Shown in pieces: positions 47,875 through 58,073 of a stretch of 64,000 nucleotides of DNA; the first letter of the stretch is position 1; every line of letters starts with the position of its first letter. Under the pieces are notes generated by a model. That model saw only the letters and a list, made by a program, of their open reading frames with translations. It was not told where the DNA came from and searched no databases. The translations under genes were made by a program, and so were the position numbers. Source of the DNA: Eubacteriales bacterium (GTDB taxonomy: Bacteria; Bacillota; Clostridia; Oscillospirales; CAG-272); assembly GCA_045120465.1 (NCBI GenBank), contig JBGVEW010000022.1, positions 12,782 through 76,781 of the forward strand, written 5' to 3'.

Positions 47875-47984
47875 GGGAATTTCGCCCCTTGCGAGGGACG
47901 ACCAAGGCTCCGCCTTTGGAATCCGCAAACTTTTGAAAAAGTTTGATCAAAACCTTTGTCCAACTGACGAAAGCCTGTAGTTTT
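47875..47984 (+). repeat. E repeat copy 1 (MITE/REP-like intergenic element)
   Basis: It shares GGGAATTTCGCCC, a covarying hairpin (47927-47944) and AACTGACGAAAGCC with 63382-63492. Confidence 0.55.
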
Positions 47985-47995
47985 TTCTATCATTC

Positions 47996-48029
47996 AATCA
48001 CGGCAACCGATTTCTCGGTTGCCGTGATT
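47996..48029. terminator. bidirectional intrinsic terminator
   Basis: AATCACGGCAACCGA/TCGGTTGCCGTGATT forms a 15-bp stem, followed by a T-run. It lies between convergent genes. Confidence 0.6.
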
Positions 48030-48034
48030 GTGTT

Positions 48035-49102
48035 TTATTTTTTATAGTTGATCCAATCAAATTCATCAAGGAAGTACGCTCTCGTCCATGCGCGGTGTCC
48101 GTCCTTATCCTGCACCGTAACGCGGAAATAAGGCTCGCACAGCATATTCTCCTCAAACGATCCCTCAAAATACGAATGCATATCAAAGCATACACGCGTC
48201 AAGGGCTCATCCTCGGCTTTTTGGATCCTCGAAAAGCGTCGCTCGGTATTGACACGGATCATACTGACGTCGGAGCACTCTACCACCAGTGTCTCGCCAT
48301 CCAGATACAGCGAGTGGATTTCGGGACCCGTGGAGGAGTAAAAGTCACCCTTTTCAAGAGAATCCATCACCGCGCCGTACTCCAACGCGGGAGCTTTGAG
48401 CATCATCCAACCGCCAATGTAGCGTGCCGCTTCGGGACCACCGTGCATATCGTCGGTGGCAAGCGGAAATACACGCTCGCCCAGCTCCAACAGGTCGATC
48501 AGGGGCTGCTCGGTCTCCACGCGTCCGAGTCCTACAGAGCCGTTGTTGTGAACCTCAACGCTCCAAAAGCCCTTGAGCTCCGAGTAATCCACGTAGTTCT
48601 GACCCGAAAGTCCCGGATGATTCAGCGCGACCAGAAAGCCCTCTTCCTTGGCGCGGCGAAGGATATCGTTGACGCAGTCGTTGTTATACTCGCGCGGATA
48701 TTCGGTCTCCTTCATCGCGTCGGTGATGTAGGGAAGGCTCGATTTCCAATACAGATAGCTCATGGTAAAAAATGAGATATCCGTTTTTTCGGGATCTTTG
48801 GAAAGGATATTGAGGTGATACTGCTTGCTGTATCGGTAGGAAAGCCCGGGCAGGTTTTTGTTGACCGAGAGCTCTGCTCCCGTAATGGGAAGAAAATTCT
48901 CATCCCTTAAATCATTGTGCGGAATGAGCACCTCGTGGTCGGTGTATGCAACGATCGAATACCCCTGCCCCTGATACATCTTTTTGATCTCTTCGGGGGT
49001 TGCCAAGCCATCCGAGCAAGTGGTATGAACGTGCAGACAAGCCTTATAAAGATTGCCTGTTTCGGGCAATAAATATTGTTTCATCATCATGTTCCCTTTC
49101 AT
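48035..49102 (-). CDS. PHP-domain phosphoesterase
   Basis: The CLHVHTTCSDG and AYTDHE motifs are present. The ATG overlaps the upstream stop as ATGA; internal ATGs at codons 5-7 are alternatives. Confidence 0.65.
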   Translation of the reverse strand: MKGNMMMKQYLLPETGNLYKACLHVHTTCSDGLATPEEIKKMYQGQGYSIVAYTDHEVLIPHNDLRDENFLPITGAELSVNKNLPGLSYRYSKQYHLNILSKDPEKTDISFFTMSYLYWKSSLPYITDAMKETEYPREYNNDCVNDILRRAKEEGFLVALNHPGLSGQNYVDYSELKGFWSVEVHNNGSVGLGRVETEQPLIDLLELGERVFPLATDDMHGGPEAARYIGGWMMLKAPALEYGAVMDSLEKGDFYSSTGPEIHSLYLDGETLVVECSDVSMIRVNTERRFSRIQKAEDEPLTRVCFDMHSYFEGSFEENMLCEPYFRVTVQDKDGHRAWTRAYFLDEFDWINYKK

Positions 49103-51219
49103 GATTTACGGTACAGAGACGGGATCTCACGCTCGATCACGTCCTTCAAAAGCGCGATCTTCCACTCCAGATGTGCCGCGTCGCACATATATTCCATGCT
49201 CGGCTCGTATCCGAGGCGAGAGTCAAATTCGACCAGCGGAATTGTCGCCTTGGCGTTTTCCAGCTCTCGCTTGCAAATATTGGAGAGCTCATCCAGCAAG
49301 CGGTTGTATTCTGCCCCCGTTGCGCCATCCAGCATCTTTTTATACAGGAAGAATTCCTTGGCGTTGGCGGCGGTCATGGCGGTGTTTGCCATGAATTTTG
49401 CCACACCCCAGATGCGCATTGCGTTTTCGCGCTTTCTCTCCGGGATCGAATCGATCACGCGTTTTACGGTATCGCATCCCTTGTCAAACAGCTCGCTCGC
49501 CATTCGCATATTCTCAATTTCATAGCGGAATTTTGCGCGCTCCTCCTCGGTATCGATGATTCCCGACCACCATTCTCCGCGCAGATTGCTATATGCGTAA
49601 ACGGGATAGCAGATCTTGTTACCGCCAAAATGTGCGTAAGGAACGGTGGGAATCTCCACGTCGGTGTGGTCGAACAAAATAAAGGGATACGAGGGGCCAA
49701 TACGGCAGGGACCGTATTGGTCGTGATTGGTTGGGATCATGTGACCGATTGCGTCACTCCACTGCTTCATCGCTTGCATGACCTCGTCCGCATACTCCGG
49801 CGCGAAATCACGACCGACGATGCGGCGCAAGGTCTCTTCCATATCCACCCGCGGATAGTGGAACGCCCATTTGGCAAGATCCGAGATAAAGGAGGGTGAA
49901 AAACCGAAATGATGGCTGTCCATCGTTCCACAAAGTCCAAGCGTCTCGTGCGCATCGATCATCCCCTCATAGCGTTTCATCCATTGGTAAGGCGTGGGTT
50001 CGTAAGGAACGACACCAATGTCCCAGGTCAATCCTCCGGTATTGGTCATGGAATAAAAACGCAGACCGTTCTCCTTGGCAAACTGCCCCTCGGTGGTAAA
50101 GTAGTTACCGGGTCCCGGGAAGAACAGATTGTAGTCTGCCAAGCGCAAGGAAAATCCGTCCCGCTCTATCGTCGTTCCCATTTCAAAGGTGGCTTGCAGC
50201 GTAATATCCTTGGGCAAGGTATCAACGAGCGCCTTACGCGCCTCTGCATCGGCACGGCTCCAGTTGTAAGACCAAAAAACAATATCGCAATCCGGCTGAC
50301 GTTTGCGGATGATCCCCGAGATCATTTCCATCAGATCCTTGTAATCATAACAAGGATACCAACCGGGGTGCGGCTTATCGTTTACGACAAGCGGTTTTCC
50401 ATCCTTGCCGATGTTATCAAGGCGGCGGATGCCCTTGGAGTGCGTGTCCTTGGACGGGAATTCGCAAGATTCCCCGACAAAAACGATGCCCTTAAAACCG
50501 GGACATCTGTCAAAAAAGGTTCCGTACAAATTTTCGTAAAATTCCTCAGCGCCCTCGTCATCGGGATGCAGTCTGTTTGCAAGATAGCTGTAGGCATATA
50601 CGTCAATGCCCACCTCTGCCGCGCGATGGCACAGATCGTTAAAATCGTGGTATCCGTGAGGCGTAATGTCAACGTCATTGACAAATACAAGGATCGAAGA
50701 AATCCCCGCGTGCGCGATATTGAGCAGATGCTCCGTGGGATACATATCCAGCCCGTAGCCCGAATGCACCATGCGGGGATTGAAGAGCGAGGTTCGCACC
50801 GTATCGCACACCTCGGCAAACGGTCCCTCGCAAAGATTCATCACGTCCTCGAGGAAATAGCCTGCCTGTGCCGCCATGCGGCTGTTCGTGCCGCAAAGAA
50901 GGATTTGGTTCTCTGCCACCGCAAAGCGATAGGAATGCTCCCCGAGCGCGGGATCGACACCGTATGCGATGCGCGCCTGCTTGCCGTTCCATTCACTCTC
51001 ACGGATCATCTTGAGAGAGATCCCCATCGAGACGAAAAAATAATCCTCCAGATCCCTTGCGGCATTGCGAAGCACCGTGTCGGCACGGTCGGGCATCGTG
51101 ATACACCAATCCGACGTGACCTCAACGGATCCCGCGGGGCAAGTCTTGGAAAAGTCGCGTCTATCGTTACGGTGTACAATGGAATACCGTTTTCTGAACT
51201 CGTAATTGATCTCTTTCAT
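49099..51219 (-). CDS. hypothetical 706-aa protein (glycoside-hydrolase-like?)
   Basis: A long ORF with coding-like composition in an operon context. No motif I can name with confidence. Confidence 0.55.
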   Translation of the reverse strand: MKEINYEFRKRYSIVHRNDRRDFSKTCPAGSVEVTSDWCITMPDRADTVLRNAARDLEDYFFVSMGISLKMIRESEWNGKQARIAYGVDPALGEHSYRFAVAENQILLCGTNSRMAAQAGYFLEDVMNLCEGPFAEVCDTVRTSLFNPRMVHSGYGLDMYPTEHLLNIAHAGISSILVFVNDVDITPHGYHDFNDLCHRAAEVGIDVYAYSYLANRLHPDDEGAEEFYENLYGTFFDRCPGFKGIVFVGESCEFPSKDTHSKGIRRLDNIGKDGKPLVVNDKPHPGWYPCYDYKDLMEMISGIIRKRQPDCDIVFWSYNWSRADAEARKALVDTLPKDITLQATFEMGTTIERDGFSLRLADYNLFFPGPGNYFTTEGQFAKENGLRFYSMTNTGGLTWDIGVVPYEPTPYQWMKRYEGMIDAHETLGLCGTMDSHHFGFSPSFISDLAKWAFHYPRVDMEETLRRIVGRDFAPEYADEVMQAMKQWSDAIGHMIPTNHDQYGPCRIGPSYPFILFDHTDVEIPTVPYAHFGGNKICYPVYAYSNLRGEWWSGIIDTEEERAKFRYEIENMRMASELFDKGCDTVKRVIDSIPERKRENAMRIWGVAKFMANTAMTAANAKEFFLYKKMLDGATGAEYNRLLDELSNICKRELENAKATIPLVEFDSRLGYEPSMEYMCDAAHLEWKIALLKDVIEREIPSLYRKS

Positions 51220-51246
51220 AGGTTTGATTCCTTTCTTTTTTAAGGC

Positions 51247-52254
51247 TTACGCCATGGTTTCCAGCATTTTTAAGGTCACTTCGTATTGCGTGGGAAGTCC
51301 CGCGCAAAGCTTGCGGAATTCCTCCAGCATATATTCCGCCATGCGGTATTTTTCAAAGCCGCAGCTCCCCGCAATATGAGGGGTCAGAATGCAGTTTGGA
51401 AGATCGTAAAAGGGATTTTCCAAAAGCGGCGGTTCGGGGTCAGTCACGTCCAAAACGGCAACGAGATCCGCTCTTTGGCGCAAAACGTCGATCAGATCCG
51501 CCTCAACGACCTGCGCGCCTCTGCCCGTATTGAGAAAGGTCGCGTAGGGGCGCATGGATGCAAAATGCTCTCTCTTGAGCATCCCTTTCGTCTCGGCATT
51601 GTTGGCAAGGTGGTTGGAAACGACGTGACAGCTTGAAAACAGCTCGGAAAGGGCTACCTTTTGCACGCCAAGCTCCTCTGCCTTTTCCTCCGACAGGAAG
51701 GGATCGAACACCAACACGTCCATGTGATACGCCTTGAGCATTTGGATGACGAGTCTGCCGATCATTCCCGCTCCGATGATGCCGATCTTTACGTCATAGT
51801 TTCCGGGGTAATTGTCCACGAAGAACTGTCTCGCCTCGCCGTAACGGCGATCCTTTACCATAGGGGCGGACAGATAGTAGCCCTTGTTGGCGAGAAGGAT
51901 TTGCGCCACGGTGTACTCCGCCACGGGAACCGCGTTTGCCGCCCATGCCGAAAAGACCTTGACACCGCAATTTAAAAACGGTCTTGCGAAGAACTGCACC
52001 GTTCCCGCCGAATAAAAGACGGCTTTGAGCGACGGAAGATGTCGGCGGATCTCCTCCTCCGTCAAGGGTTCCAGCTCCCACGTTGAAAAAATGTATTCCA
52101 CGCCGTCAAACGCTCCGTTCCCCGACAGCAGATCCGCTTTGGAGTAAACGGTCGCATCCATATCGGCAACGGAGCAAAGCTCCTTGACGATCCGCTGTGG
52201 GTAAACCTCGTCGATCTTGGCAGGGTTGGCATTGTAAAATATGCTTTTCATCAT
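51247..52254 (-). CDS. D-isomer-specific 2-hydroxyacid dehydrogenase family protein
   Basis: An NAD motif GIIGAGMIGRLV, and TPHIAG near the C-terminus. Confidence 0.8.
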   Translation of the reverse strand: MMKSIFYNANPAKIDEVYPQRIVKELCSVADMDATVYSKADLLSGNGAFDGVEYIFSTWELEPLTEEEIRRHLPSLKAVFYSAGTVQFFARPFLNCGVKVFSAWAANAVPVAEYTVAQILLANKGYYLSAPMVKDRRYGEARQFFVDNYPGNYDVKIGIIGAGMIGRLVIQMLKAYHMDVLVFDPFLSEEKAEELGVQKVALSELFSSCHVVSNHLANNAETKGMLKREHFASMRPYATFLNTGRGAQVVEADLIDVLRQRADLVAVLDVTDPEPPLLENPFYDLPNCILTPHIAGSCGFEKYRMAEYMLEEFRKLCAGLPTQYEVTLKMLETMA

Positions 52255-52264
52255 GACCTCCGCA

Positions 52265-53674
52265 TCAGGTCATCGCACAGGTGACGCGACTGTAAATGTG
52301 ATTGTATCCGGCACCCATAAAGTGCTGCATTCTCGTGTGATAAGGATGCGAGAATTTCTTTTGGAAATATTCGGTTTCCACCGCATCGGCATCTCCCCAA
52401 ACGCGGACGATGCCCTCGTCGGGATAATAGACCATCAGCTGCTCGCCCGGATGATCGATCAGTTTCCCCGAGCGCACAAGTCTTGCCGTACCGCCAACGT
52501 ATGCGAGGAAGTTGCCGAAACGGTCGCGGATATATCCCGTTTTTTCATTGAACAGCCCATCCGACGCGTAAAACTCGTGGTAGCCGTCCCCGTCGAAGTC
52601 GATGGGCATATAGTGGGAACCGGGATACGGGAAGGGAGACTCCACCTCCTCACCCGTGATCGCGTCAAAGTAGAAGTGTCGAGGCTCGCGGAACTCCATT
52701 TTCTTTCCGTTGAACACGCGCTGACCGTAGCGCAGAGCCATGGCGATCTTGCGGCGATCCTCACCGATGTTTGCGATCCAGCCGTGGTGCATATGTCCGT
52801 ATTCCTCATCCACACCGATCCACACGCGCTCGCCTTTTTCGTTGTAGGTTACAACGCGCGGAACACCGGGGCGCTCATCGTCCTCGCGGCAGGTGAAGAT
52901 ATATTTCTTGCCGGTTTCGTCATCCACAAAGGGAAGAACCACGTCGGAGTGACCGAAATAGAGTCCGCGGTCGCCGCAATAGAGCTCTCTTCCGTCGTCC
53001 AGACTGATCACGCGCTCACCCCAGAACAATTCGTCAATTCCGTCCTCGTCAAAATCCAACACGGGGCAGGAATGACACGAGCGGCAGCCACCGTCGTGGT
53101 AGGGGATCGTCAGCTCCCAACGCTTTTGCATATCGGGGTTGTATACTTGCAGATACATATCGCGGTAGCAGCCCTGTGCCGTTACCAATACGGGCGTGCC
53201 GTGCACGTATCCGCCGATGAGGTAAAAGCGGTAGGCATGCGACATATTGAGTTCCTCTACGCTCTCGGGCCAGGGCCATGAACCCGTGACCTTACCCGTT
53301 AAGGGGTCGATGCGTTCCAGAACGCGCGCCTTGAGGCTAAAGGGTCTTTCCTCAGCGTGGTTGTTGACCAGCCAGATCTCGTCGATCCCGTCACCGTCGA
53401 GGTCAAAGGTGATAAACGGAGTGTACCATACACCGTTGATCGCGCCCCAGCCAAGGTCACGCTTCCATACCGGCAGCCCGCTCATCGTGTAAACCGCCAT
53501 CTTCAAGGTTCCCTTTGGGTAGTTAAAGCCCTCCTGCCAAGGGTCCTGATCGTGTGCCTCGGAATAGACGAATACCATTCCCTCGCCCAGCTCCTCTCCG
53601 AGATGGACGGATACCGAGCGCACGTGCTCCAGATGACTTCCCATATTGAATTCTTTCAAGCATTGAATATTCAT
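52265..53674 (-). CDS. FG-GAP-like beta-propeller protein (possibly PL11 rhamnogalacturonan-lyase-like)
   Basis: Repeated calcium-site-like DLDGDGIDE, DFDEDGIDE and DFDGDGYHE motifs. The family call is tentative. Confidence 0.45.
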   Translation of the reverse strand: MNIQCLKEFNMGSHLEHVRSVSVHLGEELGEGMVFVYSEAHDQDPWQEGFNYPKGTLKMAVYTMSGLPVWKRDLGWGAINGVWYTPFITFDLDGDGIDEIWLVNNHAEERPFSLKARVLERIDPLTGKVTGSWPWPESVEELNMSHAYRFYLIGGYVHGTPVLVTAQGCYRDMYLQVYNPDMQKRWELTIPYHDGGCRSCHSCPVLDFDEDGIDELFWGERVISLDDGRELYCGDRGLYFGHSDVVLPFVDDETGKKYIFTCREDDERPGVPRVVTYNEKGERVWIGVDEEYGHMHHGWIANIGEDRRKIAMALRYGQRVFNGKKMEFREPRHFYFDAITGEEVESPFPYPGSHYMPIDFDGDGYHEFYASDGLFNEKTGYIRDRFGNFLAYVGGTARLVRSGKLIDHPGEQLMVYYPDEGIVRVWGDADAVETEYFQKKFSHPYHTRMQHFMGAGYNHIYSRVTCAMT

Positions 53675-54060
53675 AGGTCTGCGTCCTTTCTTGATTGCAA
53701 GATCATTGTAAAATTCTGTTTTTTGAATCGGGGCAAACCAAGCCCCACGTACACACAGTATAACACAATGAACGCGCGTTGTCTATGCAAATTCTGCCAA
53801 GTCGTATGTAAATCCTGTCAAACCGCCTTTGTGGGAATGCCCTTGGAACGGTGGATTGAGGTTACCTCATTATAGCACAGAATCGAAGCAATGTAAACCT
53901 ACTTTTTTTCGTTTTTTGGGCAAAACCGCTTCTTTTATCGATTCTTCAAAATCATTTATCGATTCTTCAAATCGATTGATGGATTTTACAGATCGTTCGT
54001 TGGATTCTTCATCCCAAAGCGTTCGTTTTGGGATGATAACGGGAATCAAAATAAATCCAC

Positions 54061-54089
54061 TTGACGCGTATCGTAAATCGTGTTATAAT
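54061..54089 (+). promoter_or_regulatory. SigA-type promoter of the GH172-like gene
   Basis: TTGACG-17 nt-TATAAT with a TG extension. Confidence 0.5.
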
Positions 54090-54122
54090 GGCAGTATCAA
54101 ACATCAAAAGGAGGGATCTGAC

Positions 54123-55184
54123 ATGATGACCTATCTGACACAAAAAAGAGATATCGAGACCTTTTCGGTCTCTCCCGAAAACCTCACGGGAGAAAAAGGC
54201 CGCGGCGGCAGCACTCCCTTGGAGGAAGGAAGCGCCAAATGGGCGGCACGTGAATTGGGAACGGGCTGGAAGGTCAACCCCTATCTCGTGATGGGCGCGC
54301 AATCCACCACGGTTCTTGCAGACATCAAGGGAGAAGGTGCGATCAAGCACATCTGGATCACCGACAACGCAAAGCTCCCCCGTCAGCTCATTCTGCGCAT
54401 CTACTTCGACGGGCAAACGTCCCCTGCCGTAGAGGCACCCCTTTGGGACTTTTTTGCCAACACCGATCTCAACGACTACCGTCAGTTGACAAGCCTTGCG
54501 ATTTGCTGTAACCCGCGCCGCGCGATGAACTGCTACTTTGAAATGCCCTATTTCAAGGGCTTCCGCATCGAGCTGGAAAACCGCGGCGAGGAGGAGGTCA
54601 GGGTCTATTATCAGATCGATTGTGAAAAAAAGAAGCTCTCGCCCGATACGCTCTATTTCCACGCGCAATTCCGCCGCGTCAATCCCCTGCCCTTTAAGGA
54701 GGACTACGTGATTCTTGACAACGTCAAGGGAAGCGGTCACTACGTGGGCACGTTTTTACACTGGGGCGTCAAGTCGAACGGCTGGTGGGGAGAAGGAGAG
54801 ATCAAATTCTTCATCGACGGTGATACCGAGTATCCCACCGTTTGCGGCACCGGCACCGAGGACTATTTTTGCGGCTCCTACGACTTTGAGATCGATCACA
54901 AATACATCGAATTCTGCACCCCCTACGTCGGGCTCTCCAAGGTCGGCAAAACCGACGAGTGCTACGAATCGCAAAGAAGCTTTGATATGTATCGCTGGCA
55001 CGTTACCGATCCCATCTACTTCAAAAACGATCTCCGCGTTACCATTCAGGCACTCGGCTGGTACAAAAACCACGCCTATCAGCCCCTACAGGACGATATC
55101 TCCTCGGTTGCCTATTGGTATTCCGACAGCCTCTCCGACGTGTATCCCCCGCTCCCCGAGGGTCACGCTTTGGACGTGGTGTAA
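54123..55184 (+). CDS. DUF2961 / GH172-family protein
   Basis: ATG follows a GGAGGG SD. The ENLTGEKG...GAIKHIWIT...LRIYFDG...GEGEIKFFIDGD pattern is typical of DUF2961. Confidence 0.7.
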   Translation: MMTYLTQKRDIETFSVSPENLTGEKGRGGSTPLEEGSAKWAARELGTGWKVNPYLVMGAQSTTVLADIKGEGAIKHIWITDNAKLPRQLILRIYFDGQTSPAVEAPLWDFFANTDLNDYRQLTSLAICCNPRRAMNCYFEMPYFKGFRIELENRGEEEVRVYYQIDCEKKKLSPDTLYFHAQFRRVNPLPFKEDYVILDNVKGSGHYVGTFLHWGVKSNGWWGEGEIKFFIDGDTEYPTVCGTGTEDYFCGSYDFEIDHKYIEFCTPYVGLSKVGKTDECYESQRSFDMYRWHVTDPIYFKNDLRVTIQALGWYKNHAYQPLQDDISSVAYWYSDSLSDVYPPLPEGHALDVV

Positions 55185-55252
55185 AAGATCTCCGTCATTC
55201 AAAACAAAAAAAACAACGGCGGATCGCGCAAGAAACGATACCGATCAAACAA

Positions 55253-55312
55253 CGCCCACCGACAACGGAATCCTCCCAACGGAGGATTCACGCCATCGGT
55301 GGGCGTTTTTTT
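55253..55312. terminator. bidirectional nested-hairpin terminator
   Basis: An outer stem CGCCCACCGA/TCGGTGGGCG, an inner stem GGAATCCTCC/GGAGGATTC, and then a T-run. Confidence 0.6.
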
Positions 55313-55328
55313 TGTAAAAGTCGAAGCG

Positions 55329-56054
55329 TTACACCTCAACGACATCCGCGCCGAGCAAAATCGCCTCGCGCACGTCCTCGGGGTTGCGAATGTTGGCAAC
55401 GCCAAGACGCGCGTACTTTTTGACGCGCGCGCACACCTTGGGGGATGCCTTATCGCGGTCGGTCAGCCACGCAAAATTGGGTTTATCAAGATAAACGAAC
55501 ACGACGAGCCTCTCGGGACGAACCAACGAGCAGATCTCGCGGAGCTCTTCCTCCGTAGTACTGCCATCGTAGTTGATATACGCGTCGGGCAATCTTGCAA
55601 GGATCTTTTTGATGCGCTCGGGCTCACGCACGTTAAACTCGATAGGCACGTTGTATTTTGCAACCAGCTCCAACAAAGGATCCATCTCTTCGGTCTTGAT
55701 CTTTTTATCCAGATCCAAAAGCACGCCCGAGCCGTCCAGAAACTCCAAAAGCTCCTCCAAAAGAGGGATCCGCGTTCCCTTGAATTCCTCCCCCATGGCA
55801 ACTCCCGCATCCAGCTCCAAAAGCTCGGCGTAGGTCATGTCACACACGTTCATCGGCTTTTCAATACAGTGTCCGTCGGCATAACGGCAGGTGCGGTTGA
55901 CGGTTGAGTCATGTATCAGCACGATTTTTCCATCCTTGGTCAATTGCGGATCGGTTTCGATCTGCTCGTACCCCTCGGCAAATGCCTTGCGGAATGCGGG
56001 CATCGTATTTTCGGGCGTATAGTAAACACCGCCTCTGTGAGAACGGAATATCAT
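55329..56054 (-). CDS. glycerophosphodiester phosphodiesterase
   Basis: SHRGG...ENTMPAF...ETDPQLTKDGKIVLIHD matches the GDPD pattern. Confidence 0.8.
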   Translation of the reverse strand: MIFRSHRGGVYYTPENTMPAFRKAFAEGYEQIETDPQLTKDGKIVLIHDSTVNRTCRYADGHCIEKPMNVCDMTYAELLELDAGVAMGEEFKGTRIPLLEELLEFLDGSGVLLDLDKKIKTEEMDPLLELVAKYNVPIEFNVREPERIKKILARLPDAYINYDGSTTEEELREICSLVRPERLVVFVYLDKPNFAWLTDRDKASPKVCARVKKYARLGVANIRNPEDVREAILLGADVVEV

Positions 56055-56072
56055 AACGGTTTCCCCCTTTAT

Positions 56073-57116
56073 TTACTTTTCAAACTCGGTTCCAACCTTC
56101 GCGCGTTCGATGGTGCGAACGACCTCGATTGCCTGTGCGGAGGTGATGGGATAGGGCTTGTTGTTGCGATACGCGTCAAAGAAGTAATCCCAGATGACCT
56201 CGGTCTTACCGTCGGACGAGGGGAGCTCCTCTTCCTTCCATACCAGCTTTTCGCTGTTTCCGAACGCCGAGCCGGAACCGGGAGTCGCGGGATCTGCCTT
56301 GATATCCGCAAGCTCTGCGTCGGGATCGAGATACTTCATTTTAATGGTCTTGTTTTCATAAACCAGCGTTCCGCGCGTGCCGTACACCATGTATTCGGGC
56401 GTGCGGATCGCAACGCCGCCGCTGATCTCCATATCCACGATTCTGCCGTTGACGCCCTTGAACACCAGCTTGATGTGGTCCTCTGCGTCGCCAACCGCGG
56501 TAACGCGCTTGATATCCGAGAACATTTCGGTGTATGCACCGCCACAGAACTGGATGGCATGGTCAACGATGTGAGGACCCCAGTTGAGCAGCTGTCCGCC
56601 GCCAAACTCCTTGATGGTCTGCCAGTCGTTACGGCGCTGATAGCTGTTGCGCGCAAGACGCACCTCGTAAACGTTGCCGAGGATACCGGAATCGATGATC
56701 TCGTTGATCTTCAAAAATCCTTCCTCCAGGCGGCGGTTGTGACGGACGAACACCTTCGGCCCTGCGGGCTGGCTGCCGAGGCGAACCAATTCGCAAGCCT
56801 CCTCGTAGGTCTGGCAGAAGGGCTTTTCGACCAATGCGCTCTTGCCTGCCAAAAGCGCCATTTTTGCATGCGCATAGTGGTCGCAGGAACGGGTTGCGAT
56901 ATCAACAACCTCTACCTCGGGATCATTGATCATATCCTCAATATTCAGATATCCGCGGCAGCCGAAGGTCTTTTTAAATTCCTCAACGCGTTCGGGAATC
57001 AGGTCACACGCAGCAACCACCTGATATTTGTCGGGGCGTGCCAACAGGCAATCCTTATGCACCGTCATACCGATTCTTCCGAGTCCTACAACGCCGATTT
57101 TAATAGGCTTAGACAT
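56073..57116 (-). CDS. Gfo/Idh/MocA family oxidoreductase
   Basis: ATG 57116 follows an AAGGAGAA SD, then IKIGVVGLGRIG (Rossmann motif). Confidence 0.85.
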   Translation of the reverse strand: MSKPIKIGVVGLGRIGMTVHKDCLLARPDKYQVVAACDLIPERVEEFKKTFGCRGYLNIEDMINDPEVEVVDIATRSCDHYAHAKMALLAGKSALVEKPFCQTYEEACELVRLGSQPAGPKVFVRHNRRLEEGFLKINEIIDSGILGNVYEVRLARNSYQRRNDWQTIKEFGGGQLLNWGPHIVDHAIQFCGGAYTEMFSDIKRVTAVGDAEDHIKLVFKGVNGRIVDMEISGGVAIRTPEYMVYGTRGTLVYENKTIKMKYLDPDAELADIKADPATPGSGSAFGNSEKLVWKEEELPSSDGKTEVIWDYFFDAYRNNKPYPITSAQAIEVVRTIERAKVGTEFEK

Positions 57117-57291
57117 TTCTTTTTCTCCTTTTTTGAGGGGCGCACCGGTCCCCTTATTTTTCACCCCTATTATAACAAACACATTCGGATTTGTCAACCG
57201 TCCGCATCTTTTTTTGCGCATAACTTTTTCACCGGCTTTGACCGCTCGGACGATGCCCTCATATACTGCACAAAAAGCCTTGGAGGGATCT

Positions 57292-57960
57292 ATGCTTCCC
57301 AGTCATCTCTTTTCCCGTTGCGTTCACCACACCTACGTCCACGTAGAAAACGCGGCGGACTATGCCGTGGAGCGGCATGGCAGAACGCTTTACGTCTATC
57401 TCGAATGCTCAAACGGTGCGACCGATTGGAAAAACAACCTCGACTTTCCCGCTCGCCCCTACCGACGCATGGGGCAATCGGCTTGGTTTGCGCACCGCGG
57501 ATTTTTGCGCGTTTGGAAAACCTTGGAACGCTATCTTTGCCGCGATCTCCTCGACAAAGGGATCGAACAGATCGTTACGGTCGGCTACTCCCACGGTGCG
57601 GCTCTTGCGGTGCTTTGCCACGAATACGTCTGGTTCCACCGCCCCGACCTGCGGGATTCGATCTTTGGCTACGGCTTTGGCTGCCCCCGTGTATTCTGGG
57701 GACTCCGCCCCCCATCCTTGATGCGTCGTTGGGAGCGTTTTTTCGTCTTTCGCAACCTCGACGATCTCGTCACGCATCTCCCACCCGCCATCCTCGGTTT
57801 TTCACACGTCGGAACCCTCATCCCCATCGGTTTCCGCGGTCGCTATTCCCCCATCGATGCCCATCGTCCCGAAAATATCCTCCGCGAATTGGTGGCATGG
57901 GAGAACAGCGATGCAGCGGAAACGTCTGCGCTTTTTTCAATGGAGAACCTTGTTTTTTGA
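57292..57960 (+). CDS. class 3 lipase-like alpha/beta hydrolase
   Basis: ATG follows a GGAGGG SD. VTVGYSHGAALA is a G-x-S-x-G-type nucleophile elbow. Confidence 0.5.
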   Translation: MLPSHLFSRCVHHTYVHVENAADYAVERHGRTLYVYLECSNGATDWKNNLDFPARPYRRMGQSAWFAHRGFLRVWKTLERYLCRDLLDKGIEQIVTVGYSHGAALAVLCHEYVWFHRPDLRDSIFGYGFGCPRVFWGLRPPSLMRRWERFFVFRNLDDLVTHLPPAILGFSHVGTLIPIGFRGRYSPIDAHRPENILRELVAWENSDAAETSALFSMENLVF

Positions 57961-58012
57961 GGGATGAACTTCTTTCACGCAAGCGTTTTTACCTTTCCTG
58001 TTCGACGCAGAG

Positions 58013-58048
58013 GGGGGAGTCAAATGCGAAAACGCATTTGACTCCCCC
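58013..58048. terminator. bidirectional intrinsic terminator
   Basis: A perfect 16-bp stem GGGGGAGTCAAATGCG/CGCATTTGACTCCCCC followed by a T-run. It lies between convergent genes. Confidence 0.65.
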
Positions 58049-58073
58049 TTGGGATTCTTTTTTTACCGTTCCT

